DNA from: a virus | Direction: 5' to 3' (one strand) | IMG/VR virus record: IMGVR_UViG_3300022562_001990 | Span: 5,440 to 69,439 of that record | DNA length: 64,000 bases | Shown here: piece by piece, positions 39,146 to 49,400 of the stretch | How the letters are laid out: each line of letters opens with the position of its first letter | Position numbering within the stretch: the first letter of the stretch is position 1 | Notes under the pieces: model-generated | Told to the model about the DNA's origin: nothing | Databases searched by the model: none | Seen by the model: only the letters and a program-made list of their open reading frames with translations | Translations under genes and position numbers: made by a program

Positions 39146-40192
39146 GTGGGCCGACGCGATACGACAGCGGCAGATCTGGACTTCTTCCATGCCCTCCTTG
39201 ACGACGGCATAGGGAAGGCCGCTGCTGACCTTGCACCCGAAACAGCGGAGGCACTAGGTGTCAAAACGGTCTCGCCGAGCATCCTCTCCCAGCTTGAAGA
39301 ACAAGCAGGGGCTGACGATTCTCCTGCCCAACAAGCCCAAGCCGAAACCCAAGCCGAAGATAACGAGCCTGAGCAAGAGGAAGGCTCTGTTCAAGGTGAA
39401 CCACAGCAGCCCGAAGAGGCCGTAGAAGCCTTCGACGTAGGCGGGGCTCCCGCCATCGACGAAGAGCCAGTCCTCGAGGAGGGCGAAGAACCAGCTCCAG
39501 AGCCGGAGCTGCCGTCCCGAACGACTCATGGGAAGATGTTTACGGACAGGCGGGGACACCCTCTTCAGATGTTCGACATCCTCAACATGCGCTACGGAGA
39601 GGACTGGGCGGAGTGGGAGCCGGACACGCTGTGGTGGGCGCTGCGGAGAGACTTCGGACCGGTCGGAGAGATCGCCAGGAACAAAATCCAAGCGCTTTCG
39701 CTGGCTGCGGTCACCGACGTCCCGTGGCTGGACTGGGACACCTTCGAAAACTGTGGCCAGGCATGGAATGATTTCGTTCCGATCTTCGGAGCGTTTCAGC
39801 CCATGACCCCGATGCAGGTTGCCTTCACCGTCCAGGTCTTGCGCGGAATTCGTGCGGACGAGGAGTTCGCCTGGGAGGTCAAGGCGTACATAGCTGCGGT
39901 GCTGGATGACCATGGCTGGGTTTACGCACCGGAAGAATGGTTCGACGGAGCGCAGGAAGTGCTCGACCGCAAGGAGTGGACCGTCGGGATGAAGCTCGAG
40001 GTCAGGAACGCCTGGGAGCAAATCCAGCACGTCCCACCCGAGGAAATCGAGTGGGATGACAAGGATCCCATCGGGGTCCACCTCCTGAAGCTCTTTGTAG
40101 TGAAGCGATATCTCGAAGGCCGCGAAGCGCTTCGTCAGGAAGTGCCCGGAGTTTCCAGCTCTTCTGTTACTCAAAGCCCGCCTGTGCCATGA
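39146..40192 (+). CDS. Hypothetical protein with acidic disordered N-terminus
   Basis: 348 aa; E/Q/P-rich segment followed by a Trp-rich domain. Confidence 0.7.
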   Translation: MGRRDTTAADLDFFHALLDDGIGKAAADLAPETAEALGVKTVSPSILSQLEEQAGADDSPAQQAQAETQAEDNEPEQEEGSVQGEPQQPEEAVEAFDVGGAPAIDEEPVLEEGEEPAPEPELPSRTTHGKMFTDRRGHPLQMFDILNMRYGEDWAEWEPDTLWWALRRDFGPVGEIARNKIQALSLAAVTDVPWLDWDTFENCGQAWNDFVPIFGAFQPMTPMQVAFTVQVLRGIRADEEFAWEVKAYIAAVLDDHGWVYAPEEWFDGAQEVLDRKEWTVGMKLEVRNAWEQIQHVPPEEIEWDDKDPIGVHLLKLFVVKRYLEGREALRQEVPGVSSSSVTQSPPVP

Positions 40193-40380
40193 TGGATGCG
40201 AAGAAAACAGACGACTTTGAGGCTGCTCAGGAGATCGGGCGTATGATCTCCGAGTTCCGGCTAGAGTTCATGGATCGCATCAGAGAATCAATCGAGGAAG
40301 AAGCAGACCGGGTTGTCGAGGAGGGTTTTGACCCAGCTCGCGGCCGGGGCAGAGGCCCGCTGTGGGCGCAAGGGGGCTAA
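40189..40380 (+). CDS. Small hypothetical protein
   Basis: Coupled 63-aa ORF. Confidence 0.5.
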   Translation: MMDAKKTDDFEAAQEIGRMISEFRLEFMDRIRESIEEEADRVVEEGFDPARGRGRGPLWAQGG

Positions 40381-40382
40381 CT

Positions 40383-41639
40383 ATGACGAACCACTTTTCC
40401 TACCTGTACGAAGACGACGAAAAAGACTTCTTCCAAGACCTGGCCAAGGAGGCTGCTGAAGCGGAGCTTCCGCGCGCCAACGTGCCCGTGGTCAAGACAG
40501 CGAGTGCCAAGTCGTCAAACGTGAACGGATTCGAGAAGGTTGCCTCGCGCCTCGAGAACGACCTGTTCATCGTCAAGACCGCCGGCCCATCGGGCATTTG
40601 TCTTGGCGCAGTTCGCCGCGGACTTGGCCACTTCGACAACATCATCAACCAGGTCGACATGGATGCCGAGCAGGCTGCTGAGCTCTTTGACAAGGTTGCC
40701 GCCGAGACCATCCAACACGACCTCGAGATTGCTCGCGCCGAGCTCTACAAGCTTGGCGGAGAGGAGTACTCCGAATGGATCGATGACGAGATCCGCGGAG
40801 CAGGGCTCGAGCTTGTGAAGGCTGCCGAGCTCGACAAGGAAGCACTCCTTGGCCTTGCTCGAACCTTCCGTGCCGCCAAGACTGGCCTCGAGGCGACCAA
40901 GGGACTTGGCTTTGCCGCAAGGACAAAGTCTGTCATGGGCGCCCCCCGTCGAGCATGGAACGCAAGAAGGGTCGAGGTTGCCAATGCGGCCCGTGACACA
41001 GCAAAGGTCCGCCTTGGAAAAGCTGAAAAACAGCTCGAGGGCGTACAGGCGAAGGCTGTTGCCGAGCAGAAAAAACTCTCCCGGCTCCCAGCGGGACTAC
41101 GGGCGCAGGTGGGGCCTGGCATAACGGCTCGTTCCGAGCGCGCAGTCCAGAAGGCTACGGGCCAGGTTGAGAAGCGCACGGGGCAACTGGAAAAGGCGCG
41201 GACCAAGCACATCGATCGGAAAGACATTCAGCAAGGCAAGGCTCCCCGGAGCAAGCAGCCGAAGGTCGAGGCTGAGCCGACCAAGCCTGCGGCTGGCACT
41301 GCTCCAGAGCCGTCTGCGGCGGCGCAGCAGCGAGACAAGCTGCAGCGCAACCAGGAGATGTCAGAGGTTGAACGGCAGCGCTCTGCGGAGCAGGCCGGCA
41401 ACGCGGCCAAGGGAACAGAGGCCGGAGGAAAGGGCGAGTCTCGTGCGGCCGCCTCGGAGGGAGCTGCCGGAGAAGGGGCCACGCTCAAGGGTTCCTACGA
41501 AAAGATGCGCGACCAGGGATGGGGATCTCTGTCGGGCGCCGAAAAACAGAAGCTTATCAACGCGGGTCTGGCGACAGTCGTTGGTCATCGCGTGATCCTT
41601 GGCAAAGGACTGGTGACAGGCGGCGAGGGGCTGATCTAA
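40383..41639 (+). CDS. K-x-A-rich protein, acidic N-half and basic C-half (putative internal head protein)
   Basis: KEAA, KTAS, KVAS, KTAG, KVAA, KAAE and KEAL all lie in the first 160 aa. Confidence 0.65.
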   Translation: MTNHFSYLYEDDEKDFFQDLAKEAAEAELPRANVPVVKTASAKSSNVNGFEKVASRLENDLFIVKTAGPSGICLGAVRRGLGHFDNIINQVDMDAEQAAELFDKVAAETIQHDLEIARAELYKLGGEEYSEWIDDEIRGAGLELVKAAELDKEALLGLARTFRAAKTGLEATKGLGFAARTKSVMGAPRRAWNARRVEVANAARDTAKVRLGKAEKQLEGVQAKAVAEQKKLSRLPAGLRAQVGPGITARSERAVQKATGQVEKRTGQLEKARTKHIDRKDIQQGKAPRSKQPKVEAEPTKPAAGTAPEPSAAAQQRDKLQRNQEMSEVERQRSAEQAGNAAKGTEAGGKGESRAAASEGAAGEGATLKGSYEKMRDQGWGSLSGAEKQKLINAGLATVVGHRVILGKGLVTGGEGLI

Positions 41640-41659
41640 AAAGAGGCTAGGCATCTCGC

Positions 41660-43708
41660 ATGGCAGGCGAAGAACTCAGCGGCCTGGGAGGTCGAGACAG
41701 ACGAAGGGGAACGGTCTATCCGTCGCCCTTCTTCGACATTGCTCAGACCTACATGCCGCCCACCGTGAAGGAGCTCTTCCGGTGGTGCCAGTACTTCTTC
41801 TACAAGGACCCGATGATCGGCTCCGTTGTGACGAAGATTGCCGAGTATCCGGTCACGAACTTCGTCTACAACGCCGACCAAAAGCATGTCCGCGATGGGT
41901 GGCAGGAGATCCTCGAGGACACGCTCAACATGAAGCCGTTCCTCATCGAGATCGGCCTAGACTACTTTTGCTACGGCAACGCATTCATCTCCATCAATCT
42001 TCCGTTCATTCGCTGGATTCAGTGCCCTCACAAAGGGTGCAACCAGATGCACAAGCTGTCGGACCCGGAGTTCGAATACCAGTTCAAGAACTACGAGTTC
42101 CACATGCGCTGCAAGGGATGTAGCGCCCAGACGGTTGGCAAGATTGTCGACAGGCCAGTGCGAGACCGCACAGGCATCAACTTCGTCCGATGGGATCCGA
42201 AGAACATCGACATCCACTACAACCCCATCACGGGCCGGTCGAAGTATCGCTACCGTATTCCGAACAAGATCCAAAAGGCCATCCAGCAGGGAATCCGAGA
42301 AATCCTCGTCGACATCCCGGAGGTCTTTCTCAATGCGATGAAGAAGAGGCGCGATATCGCCCTCTCCGACCAGAACATCTTCCACTTCAAACGCCCAACT
42401 CTTGCAGAGCAGGACATGGGTTGGGGCAAGCCGCTCATCATTCACTCGATGGGGCGCATGTTCTACCTCTACGTTCTTCGTCGCGCTCAGGAGGCAATTG
42501 CCCTGCAGCGCATCATGCCGCTTGAGTTCATCTTCCCGCAGGCGAACGCACAGCAAGACCCCTACCAGCACGTCAATCTCTCGAGCTGGCAGGGGACAGT
42601 GCAGACAGAAATCCGCAAATGGCGCATCGACCCCAACTACATCTCGGTCGTGTCGGTGCCTCTTGGTTTCGAGAGATTGGGGGGCGACGGCCGAGCTCTC
42701 TTGCTAGGACCCGAGATCGAAGTCACGAACAAAGAGATCACGGGTGGCATGGGCGTCCCCATCGAATTCGTTTTCGGCGGCCTGTCGTGGTCAGGCTCGA
42801 GCGTGTCCCTGAGGACTCTTGAGAACCACTTCCTTCTCTACCGAAGGCTCCTGCTCAGGTTCGTCAACTGGGCAAAGAACCGGATCAGGCTCTACCTCTC
42901 GCTTCCAGACGTGGACATCGGCTTCACCGAGTTCAAGATGGCGGACGACATCCAGCGCAAGCAGATCGTCATCCAGCTCAACGCGGCGAACAAGATCTCC
43001 GACCACACCATGCTCACCGAGCTCGGCTTCGACTACGACGACGAGCAGGCCATGATCGAGAAGGAGTCGGAGGCAAGGAACCGGATTCAGGCCATCACAA
43101 TGAAGGCCCAGACGGAGGCCCAGGGCGAGGCTCAGATCATCCAGGCCAAGTACCAGGCCAGGGCCCAGGAGGCCATGAACGAAGCCATGGGGCAGTCCTC
43201 CGGCGGCCAGCCAGGCCAGGAGGAGCAGGCCCAGGGGCAGGCCACTCAGGGCCAGGAGGGACAGGCACCTCCTCAAGAAGGCCAGCCGCCCCAGGAGGGC
43301 CAGGAGCAGCCACAGCAGGCCCAGCAGCCACAGCAGGCGGCCTCATCCAGCGAGCTCGCCCAGGACCAGCAGATGGCCCAGCAGGCAGCTCAGCAGGAAG
43401 CCGGGGCCGTGGAGGGGCAGGCCGCCGGACAGGCCGGTGAGCAGGCCGGGGCCCCCGCGGGAGGCCAGGTCCTCGAGCTCGACGCCTCGAGGGTCGCCAA
43501 GCAGTGGGCCAACCGGATCGCACAGCTCTCGCCCGACCAGCAGGGCCAGGTACTCAACGAGCTACGGCAGAAGATGCCGAACATGGCCCGAATCGTCGAA
43601 CAGCTACTCATGCAGATGGGCCCCGGCGGTACAGCCGGCGAGGCTGCCGAGCGCATGAAGCCACTTCCGCAGGCGGCGCCGCCGCGGCGTGAAGGAGGAG
43701 TCGTCTGA
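41660..43708 (+). CDS. Portal protein with Cys4 insertion and Gln-rich tail
   Basis: FLIEIGLDYFCYGNAFIS, WDPKNI and IFHFK...WGKPLI portal-like motifs. Confidence 0.75.
   Translation: MAGEELSGLGGRDRRRGTVYPSPFFDIAQTYMPPTVKELFRWCQYFFYKDPMIGSVVTKIAEYPVTNFVYNADQKHVRDGWQEILEDTLNMKPFLIEIGLDYFCYGNAFISINLPFIRWIQCPHKGCNQMHKLSDPEFEYQFKNYEFHMRCKGCSAQTVGKIVDRPVRDRTGINFVRWDPKNIDIHYNPITGRSKYRYRIPNKIQKAIQQGIREILVDIPEVFLNAMKKRRDIALSDQNIFHFKRPTLAEQDMGWGKPLIIHSMGRMFYLYVLRRAQEAIALQRIMPLEFIFPQANAQQDPYQHVNLSSWQGTVQTEIRKWRIDPNYISVVSVPLGFERLGGDGRALLLGPEIEVTNKEITGGMGVPIEFVFGGLSWSGSSVSLRTLENHFLLYRRLLLRFVNWAKNRIRLYLSLPDVDIGFTEFKMADDIQRKQIVIQLNAANKISDHTMLTELGFDYDDEQAMIEKESEARNRIQAITMKAQTEAQGEAQIIQAKYQARAQEAMNEAMGQSSGGQPGQEEQAQGQATQGQEGQAPPQEGQPPQEGQEQPQQAQQPQQAASSSELAQDQQMAQQAAQQEAGAVEGQAAGQAGEQAGAPAGGQVLELDASRVAKQWANRIAQLSPDQQGQVLNELRQKMPNMARIVEQLLMQMGPGGTAGEAAERMKPLPQAAPPRREGGVV
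43140..43470 (+). repeat. Low-complexity CAG/GGC-rich coding tract (Q/G/A/P)
   Basis: Encodes GQPGQEEQAQGQATQGQEGQAPPQEGQPPQEGQEQPQQAQQPQQA. Confidence 0.8.
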
Positions 43709-44055
43709 TGGCATCCGCAACTCCGATCAGGGCCTCCTTTGGCAACAGCGACCATGGCGTGTTCCACGCCGAGAAGTTCAGCATGTTCGAGGACGAGGAC
43801 CTTGAGCGCTACGCTGATCTCCGAAACCGGGCCAATGATGCCTCCAACGGCATCAAGATCGAAATGATGCGAGAATACTCGCGGAAGACGACAACCCGGG
43901 AAGGTTCGGGCCAAGACCAGGTCGTGACCACCAGCGAAGAAATCGTACTTGTGGTTCACTACTGGGCTAAGGAACCCCAACGCACCAAAGGAGACAGCGA
44001 TGAAGAACTTCAAGAAGCTAAAAAAGATTGGTCAGGCGAGCGCTCGGCTGGTTAG
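43708..44055 (+). CDS. Hypothetical protein
   Basis: TGATG coupling to the portal gene; GAAGGAGG RBS. Confidence 0.65.
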   Translation: MASATPIRASFGNSDHGVFHAEKFSMFEDEDLERYADLRNRANDASNGIKIEMMREYSRKTTTREGSGQDQVVTTSEEIVLVVHYWAKEPQRTKGDSDEELQEAKKDWSGERSAG

Positions 44056-44674
44056 TGCCCTGGCGCTCGTTTGCGCGCTCGGCATCATCACCACGCCTCA
44101 CCTGGCACTTGCCCAAAGCGATGCTGGGATTGCGGCCCCTGCCGAACCGGCCGCGGATCCCGCTCCTGCGCCAGAGCCAGCCGCCGATCCCGCCCCTGCG
44201 CCAGCGCCGGAAGAACCCAAGGCAGAAGCCCCCGCCGCTGAACCAGCTCCTGCTGCAGGCGGAACAGCGCTCCAGAAGCTCAGTGACGAAGTCATGGCGA
44301 TCTTACTTCCCATCCTTGGGACGCTCGCTACCGGACTCGCCGGACTTTTGCTCGCGTGGCTCCGTAAGAAGTTCAAGATCGACATTGGCGACAAGCAGCT
44401 CGATGCGTGGGCCAAGATCGCAGGCAAGGCGGCTAACCGCGCCGGCGAATGGGCGCGCAACAAGCTGAAGAGTGCCACTGAGGGCAAGGCCATCCCTGGT
44501 CCGGAGATCCTCGAGGTTGGTGTGAACTGGGCAATCGAGGTTGGAAAGGCTGCCGGCCTGCCCGACATCGGACGCGAGAAGCTCGAGGGCCTGATCGAAG
44601 CCCACTTGTTCGAGCGCCGCAAGGACCCCTCGGATCCCCTTCCCATGGACGTGGAAGCTCCCTCCGAGGCCTAA
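44000..44674 (+). CDS. LL-H-type holin-like membrane protein with signal peptide and Pro/Ala linker
   Basis: Signal ending ALA-Q, EPAADPAPAP x2, a TM ILLPILGTL...WLRKK, then AAN...AGE and LEGLIEA. Confidence 0.55.
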   Translation: MKNFKKLKKIGQASARLVSALALVCALGIITTPHLALAQSDAGIAAPAEPAADPAPAPEPAADPAPAPAPEEPKAEAPAAEPAPAAGGTALQKLSDEVMAILLPILGTLATGLAGLLLAWLRKKFKIDIGDKQLDAWAKIAGKAANRAGEWARNKLKSATEGKAIPGPEILEVGVNWAIEVGKAAGLPDIGREKLEGLIEAHLFERRKDPSDPLPMDVEAPSEA

Positions 44675-45117
44675 TGCCCGAAGCAGGAAAAGAGTCGAAG
44701 GAGGCAAAGCAACCCTCCTTCGACCCCCACAAGCTCCTTGACCAGCTCAAGGGCATTGTCACCGAGAACAAGAAAGCGACCGGCGGTGGAAAGTCATGGG
44801 TGGGAACCCTGATCATCATCGCGGTCGTCCTTGCCGGCATTGCCCTCTGGTCATGGATCTCTTGGGGACGCAACAAGGAGCTCGCGAAGCTCCGGCACGA
44901 AAAGAACAAGGCCAAGATCCTGAAAGAGAAAGCCGAAGTCGACGCGAAGGTGGCCGAGGGTCACAAGGTAGTCGAAGAAGCCCAGAAGCGGATCGACAGT
45001 GCCGAGGAGAAGCTGCGTATCATCGACGCAGACATCCGAGCAGAGGAGAAACGCTATGAGGCTGATTTGCGCGCTATTGACTCTATCCGTTCTTGGCGGG
45101 ACGCCGGCATTCGCTAA
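44674..45117 (+). CDS. i-spanin-like protein (TM plus coiled coil)
   Basis: TM WVGTLIIIAVVLAGIALWSWISW followed by a long charged helix. Confidence 0.55.
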   Translation: MPEAGKESKEAKQPSFDPHKLLDQLKGIVTENKKATGGGKSWVGTLIIIAVVLAGIALWSWISWGRNKELAKLRHEKNKAKILKEKAEVDAKVAEGHKVVEEAQKRIDSAEEKLRIIDADIRAEEKRYEADLRAIDSIRSWRDAGIR

Positions 45118-45517
45118 CCCGCCGCCGCCCAGGGCAAAGAACATTCCCGAGTGCAAGCTCGTCACGACCAAGGATGGTCGCGAGCTCTGCGCCTACGAGC
45201 TCGACGAATGGGTCGCAGTACTCAAGGCCGATGCTCTCATCAGTCACCAGTACGTCATTCTCGGGAAGCTCGAGGAGCGGGTGGAGATCCTCGAGGAGCA
45301 GAAGATCGACTTTCAGAAACAGATCGCCGCTCTCACGTCGAACGAAGCCCTTCTCATCGAGAGGAACAACAAGATCACGCAGGATCTCATCGACCTAGAT
45401 AAAAAATATCAGGAAGAGCGAGTGCGGCCCAGGTGGGGATCTCCCCTGGCCTGGACCGCCGCCGCTGTATCAACAGCCGTGCTCGCTGGATTCCTGATCA
45501 GAGACGCGGTCGACTGA
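45056..45517 (+). CDS. Exported coiled-coil protein with C-terminal membrane anchor (spanin-partner-like)
   Basis: Signal MRLICALLTLSVLGGTPAFA, coiled coil, C-terminal hydrophobic helix; overlaps the upstream gene by 62 nt. Confidence 0.55.
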   Translation: MRLICALLTLSVLGGTPAFANPPPPRAKNIPECKLVTTKDGRELCAYELDEWVAVLKADALISHQYVILGKLEERVEILEEQKIDFQKQIAALTSNEALLIERNNKITQDLIDLDKKYQEERVRPRWGSPLAWTAAAVSTAVLAGFLIRDAVD

Positions 45518-45518
45518 C

Positions 45519-46007
45519 CTATCCCTCAAATTCGTCGAGAAAACTCGTCTGCCGAGAGGCGTTGGTTCTGCTCGGCTCTTGTCGTTGGTTTGGGGCCGGT
45601 TGATGAAGAGTGCTCCCCCCGAGCGGAATGGCCCCGCCGATGCTCGGTTGCATACTGGGCTGCAGACCCCCTCCCGCTGCGGTCATTGCTGCGACCGGTA
45701 GGATGGGATAGCCCTTCTGTTGCCATTTCCCCACGAAATGGGAATACACGAGGCTACCAGCGGCGATCATCGCGGCCCAGACACATGCCCCGAAGAATGT
45801 CTTGAGCCACCCCATCGCAGGAGATGCCGCCGCCGCTGTCGCCGGAGCGGATGCTGCGAGGTTCACCTGCGCTTTGTTGAGAACGAACCCGTGTGCAGGG
45901 ATTGTGATCACTGCCGCGGCTGCGCCCTTCAGTACCGTGGTCGTATGGCTGGCATTACCCCCGAATTGAGGCTGCCAGCCACCGTCCTTTTCTCTGTAGA
46001 AATACAT
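45519..46007 (-). CDS. Hypothetical single-TM protein
   Basis: AAGGAGG RBS; TM FFGACVWAAMIAAGSLVY. Confidence 0.7.
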   Translation of the reverse strand: MYFYREKDGGWQPQFGGNASHTTTVLKGAAAAVITIPAHGFVLNKAQVNLAASAPATAAAASPAMGWLKTFFGACVWAAMIAAGSLVYSHFVGKWQQKGYPILPVAAMTAAGGGLQPSMQPSIGGAIPLGGSTLHQPAPNQRQEPSRTNASRQTSFLDEFEG

Positions 46008-46030
46008 CGGACCTCCTTTCTTCTCCGATT

Positions 46031-46038
46031 CTTATGCC
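46031..46038 (-). promoter_or_regulatory. GGCATAAG putative phage-specific promoter
   Basis: Exact octamer 23 nt upstream of ATG 46007. Confidence 0.65.
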
Positions 46039-46292
46039 TGCGCAGGCTCGGTATGCCTGGTTGACCGCGGAGAGAGGAGGAGGATTCCTCGTCGAAGGAG
46101 CTCGAGAGAGAGAGCTGTCGCCGATGCCCAGAAGATCATCCTGCTTCCGAGCGATACCAACGCCCCACCGAGAGCGACAACATTGTTGGCGGTTTGCCCG
46201 AAAGCAGATTGAGCAACGGGGACGGTTCGTGACGGCAAAACCTGCTTGGTTCTTGCCGTCGGTGTAGTTTCGTGCGTTTGATAGATGTACAT
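46032..46292 (-). CDS. Possible small hydrophobic protein
   Basis: 86-aa ORF after an A-rich leader, no clear SD; competing ORFs exist. Confidence 0.35.
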   Translation of the reverse strand: MYIYQTHETTPTARTKQVLPSRTVPVAQSAFGQTANNVVALGGALVSLGSRMIFWASATALSLELLRRGILLLSPRSTRHTEPAQA

Positions 46293-46420
46293 GGATGGTT
46301 AGTTTTCTTGTAGTTGAGGGGTTGAAGAGGTGTTTCCGGTGCAATCGGATTCTTGATAGTATTTTTCGTGCTTTGGCTCCTCTTTGAGGGGATACAGCGG
46401 TAGATTCTTTCCACGATCTT

Positions 46421-46428
46421 CTTATGCC
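46421..46428 (-). promoter_or_regulatory. GGCATAAG putative phage-specific promoter
   Basis: Exact octamer 19 nt from the divergent RNAP start. Confidence 0.6.
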
Positions 46429-46447
46429 GGGACGATGTAGGTGACTG

Positions 46448-49400
46448 ATGGAAACGCTTGATTACGGGACGCAGTTCGAGGGACTGAAAAAGGACGTCGT
46501 TGCTGCGTTCACGAAGGCGTTGGACATCCAGGCGAAGGGAACGAATCGCCAGATCCGGGTCAACAAGGTCTGGATCGACGACACGAAGAACTCGTCGGAC
46601 TGGGAATCTCAGAGAGAAGCCGTTCGAAAAGACAAGACCTGGGGCGTCCCGGTCTACGCATCGCTGGACCTCATCGACCGAAAGACCGGAAAGGTCTTTT
46701 CATCGGCAAAGCGTATCAAGGTTGCGACGCTTCCCAAGAACACCGACCTCGGAAGCTTCATCGTCGACGGAAAGCACTACCAGGTGCAGAACCAGCTCCG
46801 GCGAAAGCCTGGCATCTACGTCACCGAGAAGAAGACTGGCGAGAAGAAGACCGAGATCAACATCAAGGGCCGCCCCTTCGACATCGAATACAACGATCAG
46901 GAGGCGACGTTCGGATTCATTCGGGGGCAGAACAAGACGCCGATCCCCCTCTATCCCATCCTCTCGAGGATTGGTATTTCCGACTCGGCTTTGGCGAAAG
47001 CCTGGGGCGAAGACGTCCTTGCGGCGAACAAAGCCGTTCCCAAAAAGCAGCAAGAGACGGCGGTCATCAAGGCGGCCGAGTACCTTACCGGCAGCAAGCT
47101 GGATTCTCCTGATGCCGCAGCAAAGGCCATCGCCGACTACCTCGAGGACACGGAGCTGCGTCCAGAGGTCACCAAGGAGACTGTCGGGAAGGCGTTCGAA
47201 AACGCTTCCCCGGAGGCAGTCTTTCGCGGCTCCATCGAGCTCCTCAAGGCTGCCCGTGGAGAACGGAAGCCCGACGATCGCCAGGCGCTCGAGTTCAAAA
47301 AGGTCATGGGGACAAGGGATCTCATCCGCGAGCGCTTGCTGCAAGAGAGCGGTGAGCTCGCGCCTAAGCTGGCCGAGTTTCGCAAGAAGGTCTACTGGCG
47401 ACTGAACAATCGCAAGGCCCCGCCAACGGATATCTCGAAGCTGGTGAGCTCGAACGAGTTCACCCCTGCGGTGACAAACTTCTTCACTCAGTCCCAGCTT
47501 GCGAGCACTACCGACCAGACAAATCCACTGAACATCCTCAACGGAATGTCGAAGGTCACGATTCTTGGCGAGGGCGGCGTCTCGTCTGAGAACGTGATCC
47601 GAGACGAAGAGCGCGGGGTCCATCCATCGCACCTCGGCTTCCTTGACCCGATCCACACCCCAGACTCGGGGAAGATCGGCGTGGTTGGAAACCTCCCGCT
47701 TGGCGTGAAGCGTCAGGGCGATAGCCTGATGACGAGGATCTTCGACCCGAAGACCAAGAAGTCTCGCTATGTCTCTCCGTCTGAGATGCGCAGCCTGAAC
47801 GTGGCGTTCCCGGACCAGTACAAAAACGGCGAGTTCATCGACGAGAAGGTGAAAGCTCTCCTCAAGGACAACGAGCTCGGCATTGTCGATGCCTCGAAGA
47901 TCGACGCTGTCCTAGCGTCACCGAAGCAAGCCTTCTCGATTTCCTCCAACACCATCCCATTCCTGCCGTCGGCCCAGGGCGTTCGTGCCCAAATGGCAAC
48001 GAAGATGCTCGAGCAGGCAATTCCTCTCGCTGAGCGAGAAGCGCCGCTTGTGCAAGTGAAGGCTGGCCGGTCAACGATGGAGGAAGGGATCGGAGAGGGC
48101 TTTTCGGTACGCGCCCTCGAGGACGGCGTGGTTGAGAAGGTGACCCCCAACAGAATCATCATCGCCACAAAGGACGGGAAGGTCGAGCAGCCAATCTTCA
48201 ACAACCTGAAGCTCAACAAAAAGGCGTTTCTCCATGGTGAGCCAACTGTCAAAGAGGGCGACCAGGTCAAGAAGGGGCAGGTAATAGCCGACTCCAACTT
48301 CACCAGGGACGGCACCCTGGCGATTGGTACGAACCTTCGCGCTGCCTACGTCCCATACAAGGGCCTCAACTTCGAGGACGGCATTGTCATCACCGAGACA
48401 GCTGCCAAGAAGCTTTCGAGTGAGCACATTCATGAGCATGCGGTCTCTCCCGACAAGGGCGACGAATACGACCTCGACGCCTTCCTTGCCTGGGATCCGG
48501 GGCGACTCGATGTAGAGCAGCAGAAGAAGCTCGACAAAGATGGCATCGTTCGGAAGGGTCAGATCGTCAAGAGGGGCGACCCGCTCTGGGTCGGAACCAG
48601 AGAGAACAGGCAGGACCCTGAGTATATCGCCATGAGGAAGATCTCGCCGAACGCAAAGCCTAGGCGAGGCCACATGGAGTCGTGGACCAATGACGTCGAC
48701 GGAGAGGTCGTCGATGTCGTCAAGACCGGGAAGAAGGTCAAGGTCTACGTCAAGACGAAAGAGCCAGCGCAGATCGGCGACAAGCTCACAAACCGGCACG
48801 GCGGCAAAGGCATCATCACGAAGATCATTCCAGACGGCGAGGCTCCCCATACAGGAGACGGAGAGAACGTCGACATCCTTCTGAACCCTCACGGCATTGT
48901 CAGTCGAATCAACCCCTCCCAGATGCTCGAAACCGCGGCGGCCAAGATGGCCGACAAGCTGAACGCCACTTATGTGGTCGACAACTTTTCCGGCGAAGAC
49001 TACGTCGAGACCATCAAGAAGGAGCTCGAAAAGACGAAGGTGTCCGACAAGGAGCTCCTGTTCGATCCGCACTCCAAGGACCCACTGGGGGAAGTGCTTG
49101 TGGGACCGCAGTATTTCCTGAAGCTCAACAAGCAGGCGACCTCGCAGTTTTCGGCCAGGTCTGATGGCAAGTACGACGCGAACAAGTCTCCTCTGCGCGG
49201 TGGCGAGGACGGCGCAAAGTCACTCGACCTTCTCACCTTCTACTCGATGCTCTCCCATGGCAGCCGCGCCAACCTACGAGAGATGGCCACCTACAAGGCG
49301 TCGAAGAACGACCACTTCTGGAACTGGCTAAAGGGTGGCCACAAGAGCGGCATGGTGAAGCCGCCGCCGGTGCCAACCTTTGCCTACAACAAATTCGAAG

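Noticed and set aside
43140-44230. CRISPR-like or tandem DNA repeats
   Set aside because: Only coding low-complexity tracts (Gln-rich, EPAADPAPAP); no repeat-spacer periodicity.
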